Positions 48,334 through 57,875 are shown, counted from the stretch's first letter. The stretch: DNA of 64,000 nucleotides from Planctomycetota bacterium (GCA_965223265.1 OZ244999.1:8096001-8160000), one strand, 5' to 3'. Notes: generated by a model not told the origin, from the sequence alone. A program made the numbers and translations.

Positions 48334-49077
48334 TTGGGTAAGAGAAAGGGAGAATCTACGGGACTCGGCTACTTGCGTCAGGTTCGCCCTGAGGCGATGG
48401 AGCACCTCCTCAAATTCTTCGCCGAGTCGGCACGGAACCTCGATCCGAAGACGCGGTTTTTGATCTCGATCGTGACCAAGGTCGTCAACTTCTCGCCGCG
48501 CGGTCTCGAGCAGTATGTGCGCCGCGCCATGGCGGAGGGAGCGTCCGCGAACGAGGTGATCGATGCGATCCTTTGCTCGTACCCGTGCGCCGGCCTGACT
48601 CGTGTCGTCGACGCCATCGACGTCGTGCTGGATCTAGGGATCGATGCCTTCGATGTCGACGCGGTGAACGGCGCCTTGCGGGGGGCGTTGCCGCCGGGCG
48701 ATCCGTCCGAAGCCTCGCCCCAATGGTGTAACGTCGGCAGGGCGGACGAGGTGCCTGCCGACGGCGGCCTCCGAGTGCAGAAGGGCGTGTTCGATCTCGC
48801 GCTCTTTCGACTCGACGACGCTTTCGTCGCCATCGACAACGTCTGTCCCCACCTTAAAGGTGGTTCGCTTGCGGCGGGACACGTCGATGAGGGTGTCGTC
48901 AGCTGTCCCTTTCATGGTTGGAGATTCGACCTCAACTCCGGGCGCTGTCTCAGTCGCGAGGGTGCACGGGTGCGGACATACGACGTGCGCGAGATCGGGG
49001 GAGAGCTGGAGGTTCTGCTTCCCTCGCTGCCGGAACCAGAAAGCGAAGGAGTCGAGACGGGAGACCGAACGAAATAG
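48334..49077 (+). CDS. CMD/AhpD-like domain fused to a Rieske [2Fe-2S] ferredoxin
   Basis: LDPKTRFLISI...RRAMAEGASANEV (CMD); CPH...CPFHGWRF (Rieske); TTG start inferred after GAGGTG. Confidence 0.82.
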   Translation: MGKRKGESTGLGYLRQVRPEAMEHLLKFFAESARNLDPKTRFLISIVTKVVNFSPRGLEQYVRRAMAEGASANEVIDAILCSYPCAGLTRVVDAIDVVLDLGIDAFDVDAVNGALRGALPPGDPSEASPQWCNVGRADEVPADGGLRVQKGVFDLALFRLDDAFVAIDNVCPHLKGGSLAAGHVDEGVVSCPFHGWRFDLNSGRCLSREGARVRTYDVREIGGELEVLLPSLPEPESEGVETGDRTK

Positions 49078-49151
49078 GTGCGCTGCGTGGTCGTGGGACT
49101 TTGGTTCGCGGTAGGACGATTTGACCACATCGCCTGTGCAGTAGGAGCGAA

Positions 49152-50357
49152 GTGACGGGTGTGAGTAAAAGCGACGGAGCGGCAAGCATCGAGTTCGATT
49201 TCCTGGCACCCGCGCGGACGGTTTTCGGCTGGGGACGCCGCCGCGAGATCGGTGCGCTCGCGGCGACGCTCGGACGACGCGCCTTTCTGATCGAGGGGTC
49301 GCGGACGCTGCGCGATCGCGGCGTCGTCGGTGAGCTGATCGATGCTCTCAGGGAAGCCGAGCTGACCGTCGTCGAGCTCGGAACCGTGACTCGAGAGCCG
49401 CTTGTCGAGGATATCGATCGTCTCAGCTCATCGCTGCGAGCGCAGGGAGTGGGCGACGCCGACCTCGTCGTCGGTGTCGGCGGGGGAGCTGCGGTCGACG
49501 CCGCTAAAGCGGTGAGCGCCATGGCGACGAATGCCGAGAGCCAGACCGTCAAAGACTATCTTGAAGGCGTTGGACGTGGGCTTCAGCTGCGGGCGGCGCC
49601 GTTGCCTTTACTGGCGCTGCCGACGACGGCCGGGACGGGCAGCGAGGCCACGAAGAACGCGGTGATCTCCCATCCGAATCCGGCGTTCAAAAAGAGCCTT
49701 CGCTCGGACCTGATGGTCCCCCGCGTCGCGCTCATCGATCCGCAGCTGTCGGTCTCCGTCCCGGCGACGACGACTGCCCACACAGGTATGGACGCTTTGA
49801 CGCAGCTCATTGAGAGCTTCATCTCGAGGCGGGCGAAGCCAATGGCGCAGGCGCTTGCGCTTGAGGGGCTGCGCCGCGGCGCGCCGATGCTCTCCCTCGC
49901 GGTCAGCGACGGGAACTCGCGCCCGGCGCGCGAGGCGATGTCGTACGCCGCTTATTTGAGCGGGTTGGCGCTCGCCAACTCCGGGCTCGGCATGGCGCAT
50001 GGCGTCGCCGCCGCGCTTGGTGTGCACTGCGACGTGCCGCACGGTCTCGCGTGTGCTGTGATGCTGCCTGCGGCGCTGCGCGCGAACGCCGAGGTCTGCG
50101 GCGAGCGTTTGATGGACGTCGCGGCGATTCTTTGCGGCGAGTCCTTTGCCACGCCGGCGGCCGCGGCCGCGGCCGCCGTAGAGAGCGTCGAAGCGCTTTG
50201 CCGCGAGGTTCAGATTCCGCAGCGCCTTAGCGACGTGGGCGTGCAACCCGAGCAGCTCGCGGACATCGTTGCCGGATCGCGCGGCAACAGCATGAACGGC
50301 AACCCGCGGGAGCTCAGCGACGGTGAATTGCTGTCGATTCTGGAGGGAATGCTGTGA
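49152..50357 (+). CDS. Iron-containing alcohol dehydrogenase
   Basis: GGGAAVDAAK, PTTAGTGSEAT, GMDALTQ, GLGMAHG, PHG. Confidence 0.93.
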   Translation: MTGVSKSDGAASIEFDFLAPARTVFGWGRRREIGALAATLGRRAFLIEGSRTLRDRGVVGELIDALREAELTVVELGTVTREPLVEDIDRLSSSLRAQGVGDADLVVGVGGGAAVDAAKAVSAMATNAESQTVKDYLEGVGRGLQLRAAPLPLLALPTTAGTGSEATKNAVISHPNPAFKKSLRSDLMVPRVALIDPQLSVSVPATTTAHTGMDALTQLIESFISRRAKPMAQALALEGLRRGAPMLSLAVSDGNSRPAREAMSYAAYLSGLALANSGLGMAHGVAAALGVHCDVPHGLACAVMLPAALRANAEVCGERLMDVAAILCGESFATPAAAAAAAVESVEALCREVQIPQRLSDVGVQPEQLADIVAGSRGNSMNGNPRELSDGELLSILEGML

Positions 50358-51286
50358 TCGTTGCCGCGGGTTTGACGCCGGCGTGGCAGCAGATGCTCGT
50401 TTTCGACTCGCTCGAGATCGGTGCGGTGAATCGAGCCCAAGAGGTGTACAAGTGCGCCTCGGGCAAGGTGACCAACGTGGGCCTGGCGCTTCACTTTCTT
50501 GGTGGTCCGAATCACACCCTCAGTGTCGCAGGAGGGGTCGCGGGAACGTCGATTCGCCACGAGTTCGAGCAGCTTGGCGTTAGCTGCCAGTGGCTCACCA
50601 CGCGCAGCTCAACGCGCGTCGCGATCACCGTCATGGACCGAGGCTCAGGCGCGACGACCGAACTCGTGGAGAATGCATCGGGACTGGAGAGCTCGGAAGT
50701 CGAAGCGTACGTCAGCGCCTACGCCGCGGCGATCGAGAAAGCCGAAATGGTGATTCTGAGTGGGTCGCTACCACCCGGAGCCGGCGAAGGATTCTATCGT
50801 TCGCTTCTCGAGAAGACTCCGCCCGGTTGTCGCGCCATCGTCGATGCTCGCGGACCGGAGCTGCAGGCTGCGCTCAAACAGAAGCCGTTTCTCGTCAAGC
50901 CGAACCGAGAAGAGCTCGGAATGACGGTTGGCGGCCCGCTCGAAAGCGATGAAGACTTGAGAGACGGCATCGCGAAGATTCAGGCCCTTGGTGCCGAGAA
51001 TGTGTTGGTCAGTGACGGTCCAGGGCCGCTGTGGCTAGGCCAAGGTGACGCCCTCTACCGCTTGCAGCCGCTCAGCGTCGAAACGGTCAACCCCATCGCC
51101 TGTGGGGATTGCCTGGCAGCAGGCGTCGCCTGGGCCTTGGCACGCCACAGACTCGACCTGGTCGAAGCCGTCCGTGTCGGCATCGCTGCGGCTGCTGCCA
51201 ACGCTGCGGCCATGCTGCCGTCACGTCTCGACCCTCAGCGCGTTCTCGCCGCGAAGGAGGACGTGGAGGTCGACCGCGTGGCGTGA
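50354..51286 (+). CDS. 1-phosphofructokinase-like PfkB family sugar kinase
   Basis: SGKVTNV, SGSLPPG, VKPNREE, NPIACGD; overlaps the ADH stop (GTGA). Confidence 0.9.
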   Translation: MIVAAGLTPAWQQMLVFDSLEIGAVNRAQEVYKCASGKVTNVGLALHFLGGPNHTLSVAGGVAGTSIRHEFEQLGVSCQWLTTRSSTRVAITVMDRGSGATTELVENASGLESSEVEAYVSAYAAAIEKAEMVILSGSLPPGAGEGFYRSLLEKTPPGCRAIVDARGPELQAALKQKPFLVKPNREELGMTVGGPLESDEDLRDGIAKIQALGAENVLVSDGPGPLWLGQGDALYRLQPLSVETVNPIACGDCLAAGVAWALARHRLDLVEAVRVGIAAAAANAAAMLPSRLDPQRVLAAKEDVEVDRVA

Positions 51287-51296
51287 TCGAGGCCCG

Positions 51297-52361
51297 TCAG
51301 CGCTCGAAGATCGGCAGCAGCTGTCTCGGTAGCTGCAGAACGATGAGCGCCATGGCCGTCGCTTGGGTGTCGTTTTCGCGTTGGCTGGCTTTCCATCCGC
51401 CGTCAGGCCGCTGTTGGCGAAGAATCTCCTTTTGGATCACGTCAAAGTAGTTTCGCCAGGAACGGCCGCCCGCCTGAAACATCGCTTGCGAGCAGTAGTA
51501 GTGGGCGTAGTAGGGAAAGAGATTCCAGGATTCGTAATGCTTCTCGAGGTATTCGAACCCCCGTCGAATGTTTGAGGAGTTGTAGTCACCCAAGCTGTAG
51601 AGGATGCAGACGCCCGCAGCCGAGCGCGGAAAAGCGCTTTCCGCGAGGAGAGGTGGATCCCCTGGGTTGCGGCGGTAGCCGAACCCGCCGTCGGCGTTCT
51701 GCGCGCTTTGAATGTAGCGGCGAGCTCGGGAAATGACGTTCGCGTTGACCGCGAACCCCAGGTTGCGTGCGGCTCGCAGCGCCATCGTCTGACAAACGGT
51801 AATCGACGTATCGCTGCCGCCGACGACATGTCCGCCGCAGCCCTCGTGCGGTTCATAGTCCCATCCGCCGTCGCGTCCCTGCGATTTCTCGATGACGGCC
51901 ACCGCACGCTTGAGCACGTCGTGGATCCGTTCCCTTCGCCGTGACATCCCGTAGAGTTGAGCGAAGTAGAGGGTCGCGAAACCATGACCGTACATGCGAC
52001 TCTTGCCGTCCGCAAAGTAACCGCACTTGCGTTGCCGGGCGATGAGCGCGTCTGTGCAGGATCGCACCGCTGCTGAGTAGGATTCAGGGCCGCAGCGCTC
52101 CGTGTAGCCCCCCGCCAGAAACGCGAGGCCTACGAGAGCAGTGGCCGCTACCGGAACCTCGTCGTCGAATTCGCCGCTGCGGCGTTTCTTTCTCAGCAGG
52201 TGACGGAACCCGTTATCCACTGCGAGCCGCACCTTGGGCGAGAGGGTGTCACGCTGAACCGTGCGCCCGACCGTAGGTGAGTCCTGCGCTGTCGTCAGCG
52301 CGGCGGAGCTCCCCACGAAGGCGGCGAGGCAAACCGTGGTTACCGCTCGGTGCTGTCCCAT
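51297..52361 (-). CDS. Secreted prenyltransferase/squalene-cyclase repeat protein
   Basis: QW-type repeats QGRDGGW, QNADGGF, QRPDGGW; MYGHGFATL; signal peptide. Confidence 0.88.
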   Translation of the reverse strand: MGQHRAVTTVCLAAFVGSSAALTTAQDSPTVGRTVQRDTLSPKVRLAVDNGFRHLLRKKRRSGEFDDEVPVAATALVGLAFLAGGYTERCGPESYSAAVRSCTDALIARQRKCGYFADGKSRMYGHGFATLYFAQLYGMSRRRERIHDVLKRAVAVIEKSQGRDGGWDYEPHEGCGGHVVGGSDTSITVCQTMALRAARNLGFAVNANVISRARRYIQSAQNADGGFGYRRNPGDPPLLAESAFPRSAAGVCILYSLGDYNSSNIRRGFEYLEKHYESWNLFPYYAHYYCSQAMFQAGGRSWRNYFDVIQKEILRQQRPDGGWKASQRENDTQATAMALIVLQLPRQLLPIFER

Positions 52362-52639
52362 TCCGTCCTATCCGTCCTATCCGTCTCGGTCCGTGAACTG
52401 GTGTGCGCGAGTGGAGTTCATGAGCTTCACGAGTCCCTCAGATTCGTCTCGGTCACGTTCGCCCAGCTAGGGGAACTCTATGTCCCGTCGCCGCAGTCGC
52501 AGTCGCGACCGTTTCATGCGTGCCTCTGGATCGGCTCGCAGTCAGTGTTATGATACGCCAATCATCGCCCCTGCGCTCAAGTTCCGATAGACATCCAATT
52601 TCGGCCGACCGTCCGTTGGCGGATCTACGGAGTGATTGT

Positions 52640-53683
52640 GTGAAAAATTCCGCTTCAGAGAGTTTCGCGGTTGCAGCCTGTCAGACTGATTTTCCTTGCC
52701 CGCGATCGAGACAAGAGATTGGTTCTCGCGTCGCTCACATGCTTCAGATGATCGACCACTCGGTCGTCGGCTACGAGCCGTTTTTTCCGGTGCGACTTGT
52801 CGTATTTCCTGAATTCGCCCACGCCGCCCCGGTTTATCCGACGGCCTCCGAGCTGCGGCAGCATCTCGCTGTCGAAATCCCGAACGAACACACGGAGCGC
52901 TACGTGGAGAAGGCCAAGGAGCTCGACGTCTACATCCAGACGGGCACGTTTCTCGAGGTCGATCCTGCCTGGCCCGGGGCGGTGTTCAACACAACGTGCC
53001 TGATTGGGCCCGACGGACTGCTTTCGCGCTACCGCAAAGTGAACCCATGGATCCCATGGGAGGTGCACGCGAGTCCACACGATCTGGAAGGCTACAACGA
53101 AGAGTTTTTTCCGGTGGTCGAAACCGAGATCGGCCGCCTCGGCGTGGCGATCTGCTACGACTGGCTTTTTCCCGAGGCGATGCGACAACTCACGGCCGCA
53201 GGAGCTGAAATCCTCATTCGCGTCTCAGCGTACATGGATCCATGGGGCGCCAAGGCGCCGATGGATTGGTGGACGGTGATCAACAGAGCACGAGCCATTG
53301 AGAACCTTGCCTACGTGGTGGCATCGAATCAGGGCGCACGGCTGAAGAATTATCCCCCGTTCTCTTGGCCCGGAGGTAGCATGATCGTCGATTTTGACGG
53401 TCGGATTCTTGCTCAGGCCGACGAAGGCGCCGGAGAGAAAATCGTTGTTGCCGAGGTCGACGTCGGCGCGCTGCGACGCGCCCGCCGGCAGCGCCGCGGT
53501 CACAACCACTTGGCTCACCTACGCTCGGAAGCGTACCCCGTGTACCGCCAGAAATACTATCCAGCTCACAGCTATCCAAGTGCTCGTGAGTCGGGGGGGG
53601 ACCGTCTCGTCGAGGACAACGACCAGCTGATCGGCGAAGTGCTCCAGCGCCATCCCTACAGGCCAGGCGGCGCCCAGTCGTAA
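52640..53683 (+). CDS. Nitrilase-related carbon-nitrogen hydrolase
   Basis: Glu-Lys-Cys triad: VFPEF, YRKVNP, ICYDWLFPE; GTG start after GGAG. Confidence 0.92.
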   Translation: MKNSASESFAVAACQTDFPCPRSRQEIGSRVAHMLQMIDHSVVGYEPFFPVRLVVFPEFAHAAPVYPTASELRQHLAVEIPNEHTERYVEKAKELDVYIQTGTFLEVDPAWPGAVFNTTCLIGPDGLLSRYRKVNPWIPWEVHASPHDLEGYNEEFFPVVETEIGRLGVAICYDWLFPEAMRQLTAAGAEILIRVSAYMDPWGAKAPMDWWTVINRARAIENLAYVVASNQGARLKNYPPFSWPGGSMIVDFDGRILAQADEGAGEKIVVAEVDVGALRRARRQRRGHNHLAHLRSEAYPVYRQKYYPAHSYPSARESGGDRLVEDNDQLIGEVLQRHPYRPGGAQS

Positions 53684-53749
53684 CGCTCAGCGACGGCGAT
53701 AAGACGGGTGTTTTTTATTTTGCCAGCACCCGCGAAATTGTTAGCTTAC

Positions 53750-53774
53750 CAGCCCGCTGACAAAGTCATTCGGC
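53750..53774. repeat. Solo degenerate end of the MITE family
   Basis: CAGCCCGCTGACAAAGTCATTCGGC vs CAGCCCGTTGAAAAAGTCATTCGGC (2 mismatches in 25); no partner end seen. Confidence 0.6.
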
Positions 53775-53980
53775 TTGAAGCGCCTTTCTCAGCGGAGTGG
53801 ACCAGCCGTCTGAATCCAAAGCAACGACTAGTGAGTGCCTGTGGCAGAGAATGACCAGGTCGTGACCTGCAGCCGCAGGCCCTTGCAGCAACGTGGCACG
53901 TCGCGCTTTCGCCCTCGCTCCTCGGTCGGCCTCGACTGCGGTACGCGGGCCATTCCGATCGCCCTGGGTTTCGCAGACCG

Positions 53981-55153
53981 ATGCGGATGAACATCGAAAA
54001 CCTACAAGAGGATCCGGAGTTTCGCTCGTGGCTTGAGCGCTTGATCGAGAACAAGGTTCGAGACGAGCTCGAGCGGCAGAACGCGCGCCGGTTTCTGAAT
54101 TCGTTCGCGCTCATCTCCGTCAGGCCGAACGATCCGCTCGCCAGTTCGATCGCGCGCAATCTGGGGAAGACGCTCGTGGACGCCGAGTTGCTGGTTTTCA
54201 GTGATGGCGAGAAGAAGACCGTCATCAAAGAGAACCTGCGTGGTAAGCATGTCTTTGTCATCGCGACGGTCGGCGAGGACGAGGATCCAGACGTCTCGTT
54301 CGCCAACACCTGCAAGTTCATCGCGACGCTGCACCGAACTTGCAAAGTGGCCAACATCAACCTCGTCTGTCCATGTCTGTGGTACCAAGCGCAGGACAAA
54401 ACCCACGCGCGGCGCGAGCCGGTCTCTGTGCGTGACGTCGCAGACGATCTGATTCGGCGCGGCATGAACCACATCATGGTCGTCGAACTCCACGCCGAAC
54501 AGATCGAGATCGCCTTCGACAGCTTTGACCATATGAAGATGTCGCCGCTCTTCGGGGACTACATCGGCCGCCGTTTTCAGGGCCGTCACGGAGAGCTTGT
54601 GCTGATCGCACCCGACGACGGTGGCGTGCGTACGCGCGAGGAGATCTACAAGAATCTGGACCCGCGTTTGATTGCTGGCCAGGCATCGGTTCACCAGCTC
54701 CGCAAGCGGCGTGTTGTCGATGAGAAGGAGTTGCTCGACTTCGTTGGTGTGGTCGACGGCAAGATCGGCGTGATTTTCGACGACATGATGCGCTCTGGAA
54801 CGACCATGTTTCAGGCGGCCTCGGCGGCGAAAACTGCTGGCGCGCACCGGGTGATCGGTCTCGCCGCGCACTTTTATGGAATCGACAGCGAGAAACACGG
54901 CTCGTTCGAGTCGCGGCTGGCTGAGTCCGATCTCGACGAGCTCGTGGTCGGCAACACGCGACCGGATGTCGAAGCACGAGTGCTCGCCAGCGAGTCGCTC
55001 AAGCAGAAGATGACGATTCTCGATGTGGCGCCGTATCTGGCGCGAACCATCCGCAACTACGAAACCGGCGGCACCATCAAGGACATGCTCGGCCGGCTCA
55101 CGGACAAGTCGGAACTCTACGGTTTGATCCACGAGGCGGCCTCTGCCCGCTAA
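53981..55153 (+). CDS. prs: Ribose-phosphate pyrophosphokinase, divergent
   Basis: FSDGE, LRGKHVF, QDK...REP, ELHAEQI, APDDGG, DDMMRSGTT. Confidence 0.85.
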   Translation: MRMNIENLQEDPEFRSWLERLIENKVRDELERQNARRFLNSFALISVRPNDPLASSIARNLGKTLVDAELLVFSDGEKKTVIKENLRGKHVFVIATVGEDEDPDVSFANTCKFIATLHRTCKVANINLVCPCLWYQAQDKTHARREPVSVRDVADDLIRRGMNHIMVVELHAEQIEIAFDSFDHMKMSPLFGDYIGRRFQGRHGELVLIAPDDGGVRTREEIYKNLDPRLIAGQASVHQLRKRRVVDEKELLDFVGVVDGKIGVIFDDMMRSGTTMFQAASAAKTAGAHRVIGLAAHFYGIDSEKHGSFESRLAESDLDELVVGNTRPDVEARVLASESLKQKMTILDVAPYLARTIRNYETGGTIKDMLGRLTDKSELYGLIHEAASAR

Positions 55154-55421
55154 CGAGAGTTGGTAAGATGTGAGGGTGGGTCGCGCGCGGCGGCAGTTTT
55201 TGCTTGCGCCTCGGCGCGCCTCGTTGGTCTAATCGCTTTTGAGTCTGGGGAAAGCGGGTGAGGGATGACCCGTTTTGTCCTCGCAGTGGATCTCGCTTCG
55301 CAGCGAGAGGTGCTTTGACGCTCGGAGCACTCGTCGGGCCTGACTTTCTTTCTCAAGTTGCAGGATGAGAGAAGTACGGGCTCCTGTTCTCGTGCCTGCC
55401 TGGCCGTTGGAGGTTGACGTC

Positions 55422-57875
55422 ATGCGCCAACTTTTTGTTGCTAGCGTGTTTTTCTGTAGTGCGCTTTGCGGTGCGCTCGGGGCAACGGATCGAGTCGTCG
55501 ACATCGATCCGGAGCGTTGTCAGGCGTTGGCCGACGAGGCCTTCGCCAAGTGTGTCGAGTCAGGGAGTGACGTCGACTGCGAGGCCGTTCGCGCCGACAT
55601 TCTGGCGCGGTGTGAGCAAGTTGTCGACGAACCGCCGCCAACGGACGATTGTGAGGCGGCGTGCAAGCGCAAGGCCGAGGCTGCACGCCAGCTTTGCGCC
55701 GACGGTGGCGGCTCTGAAGAGATGTGTGCGGAAGTGTATGAGGCCGCACTGCGCGCGTGCCTACAGCACTGCGGCGACGAACCGACGTGCGAGGAGCGCT
55801 GCCGGCGTCTCGCCCACGAGGCGGTCGAGCGCTGCGTCGCCGAAGGCGGCTCTGAAGAACAGTGCCAGCTTGTCTACCGGCGGGTGCTCGAGGAATGCCT
55901 GCCGAAATGTTCGGATGAACCACCAACGTGCGAGCAGGTGTGTGAACGGCGTGCGGCCGAAGTCTTTCAGCGCTGCCTTGAGTCCGGCATGAGCCGAGAA
56001 GAGTGCGCAGCCAAAGCCGAGGCCGCGCTGCGTGAATGCCTTGGGACGTGTAACGACGACCCGCCACCGCCAGACGATTGCGAGGAGCGATGTCGCGCCC
56101 GTGCGGCCGAGCTTCGCGATCTTTGTATCGCGGGTGGTTTCAGCGAGCGCGAATGTCAGGTTGTCTTCGAGGCTGTACTCAGAGCGTGTCTACGGCGCTT
56201 CTGCGCGCCGGAACCGCCGACCTGCGAGCAGCGCTGCGCCAATCGCGCGCGGGAGTTTGCGGAGAAGTGCATCGCCGAGACGGGGGATGCGGAGGCATGT
56301 AAGGCGCGTGCGCGTCGCCTCCTGCGTCACTGCGTCGCCGGCTGCGATCCCCAAGACCCGCCGACGTGCGAGGACGGTTGTCGCCGCCGCGCGCGCCACT
56401 TCTTCGAGGAGTGTGTGAGCGAAGGTGGTGATCCTGAGGAATGTCGTGAGAAGGCCGCGGAGATCTTCGGCGAGTGTGTCGACCACTGCGACGATCCGCC
56501 ACGCCCCAGCTGCGGCGAGCGCTGTCTGGCCGGTGCGCGCGAGATTCTGGAGCGCTGCATTGCCGAAGGTGGTGATCCGGAAGAGTGCGGTGCGAGAGCG
56601 CGCCATTTCCTCCGTCGTTGCCGCCACGAGTGCGAGCATCCGGATCCGCCGACCTGCGAAGATCGTTGCGACATCTTGGCGCGCAAGGTGGTTGCCGAGT
56701 GTACCGCAGATGATGGGACGGTGTCGGAAGAGTGCGCCGAGCGAGGTCGCATCGCGCGTCAGCGGTGCCTGGAGGCATGCGACGAGCCACCTCCTGAGCC
56801 ACCAACCTGTGACGATCGCTGCGAACGACGAGCTCGCTACGCTCTTGAGTTGTGTATCGAGAATGGTGGCGATCCGGCCGAGTGCGAAGCGAAGGCCGCT
56901 GCGCTATTCGAGCGTTGCTCGAAGTTCTGCGATCATGGACCGCGTCGCCGCTGTGTGCGGCGTTGTCGTCACCTGGCCCGTAGCGTTTACAGCGAGTGCA
57001 TCGAAGCTGGTGGTGATGCCGATGCTTGTCGCGAGCGCGCTGGTGCGGTTCTCCGCGAGTGCGTCAGCACCAACTGTGTCCACCGTCCGCGACCGTGTCG
57101 CGTGCGTTGTGCGCGCCGTGTGCGCATCGAGTATGAGCGCTGTCGCGAGCGCGCTGTAGCTGCGATTCGCGAGTGTATCGCGGCTGGCGGCGATCCGGAG
57201 CGCTGCCGTCGCCGTGCATGGCGGCGTTGCAAGCGCCACGTAAACGAGTTGCTGGCGCGTTGCCTCGAGCACTGCCGTCCCGATGACGACGATGAGCCAC
57301 CGACCTGTGAGGAACGATGCCTCGCAGCAGCTGAGGACATTCGGAAGGAGTGTCACGAACGTGGTGGTACCGATGAGGAGTGCGACGGCGTGGTCGCCGA
57401 GTTCCTGGAACGTTGCGGCGAGCGCTGCGATGAGCCGGAACCGGATCCGTGCGATTTCGACTGCGAAGCTGCTGCCGGGCGCGCCCTCGAGCGTTGCCTG
57501 GACGAGGGCGGCGATCCGGAGCGTTGTGCAATACGCGCCGAGGATTTCCTCATGCAGTGTAAGGATCGTCTCGGTGAGCACTGCGACGTCGAGCGACTCG
57601 AGCTGCGACTCGAAATCCTCGAGTTCCAGCGCGGTGATGCCAACCTCGACGGTGGCGTCGATATCGCGGATGCGATTGGTGTCTTGACGGACCTCTTCGT
57701 CGGTACTCAGGTCATTCAGTGTGAGGATGCAGCTGACTCCGACGACAACGGTTCGATCGAAATCACCGACGCGATCCGTGTGCTTCTGCGTCTGTTCGTC
57801 GGCGGCGAGCCGCTTCCGGCTCCTTCGAGTGAGCCCGGATTCGACCCCACGGCGGACGACTTGTTCTGTGACTGA
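55422..57875 (+). CDS. Secreted Cys-rich tandem-repeat protein with C-terminal dockerin-like domain
   Basis: GGAGG SD, signal peptide, 13 Cys-rich repeats of ~47 aa, tail FQRGDANLDG...CEDAADSDDNG. Confidence 0.9.
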   Translation: MRQLFVASVFFCSALCGALGATDRVVDIDPERCQALADEAFAKCVESGSDVDCEAVRADILARCEQVVDEPPPTDDCEAACKRKAEAARQLCADGGGSEEMCAEVYEAALRACLQHCGDEPTCEERCRRLAHEAVERCVAEGGSEEQCQLVYRRVLEECLPKCSDEPPTCEQVCERRAAEVFQRCLESGMSREECAAKAEAALRECLGTCNDDPPPPDDCEERCRARAAELRDLCIAGGFSERECQVVFEAVLRACLRRFCAPEPPTCEQRCANRAREFAEKCIAETGDAEACKARARRLLRHCVAGCDPQDPPTCEDGCRRRARHFFEECVSEGGDPEECREKAAEIFGECVDHCDDPPRPSCGERCLAGAREILERCIAEGGDPEECGARARHFLRRCRHECEHPDPPTCEDRCDILARKVVAECTADDGTVSEECAERGRIARQRCLEACDEPPPEPPTCDDRCERRARYALELCIENGGDPAECEAKAAALFERCSKFCDHGPRRRCVRRCRHLARSVYSECIEAGGDADACRERAGAVLRECVSTNCVHRPRPCRVRCARRVRIEYERCRERAVAAIRECIAAGGDPERCRRRAWRRCKRHVNELLARCLEHCRPDDDDEPPTCEERCLAAAEDIRKECHERGGTDEECDGVVAEFLERCGERCDEPEPDPCDFDCEAAAGRALERCLDEGGDPERCAIRAEDFLMQCKDRLGEHCDVERLELRLEILEFQRGDANLDGGVDIADAIGVLTDLFVGTQVIQCEDAADSDDNGSIEITDAIRVLLRLFVGGEPLPAPSSEPGFDPTADDLFCD

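Noticed and set aside
52363-52386. Short tandem repeat (TCCGTCCTA) x ~2.7 before the prenyltransferase-repeat gene
   Set aside because: Very short; probably a duplicated SD-containing segment with no further evidence of function.
55650-57584. Cys-rich repeats as heme-binding sites or as a CRISPR-like DNA repeat
   Set aside because: No CxxCH motifs; the repeats are conserved at protein level only, with no identical DNA repeat-spacer pattern.
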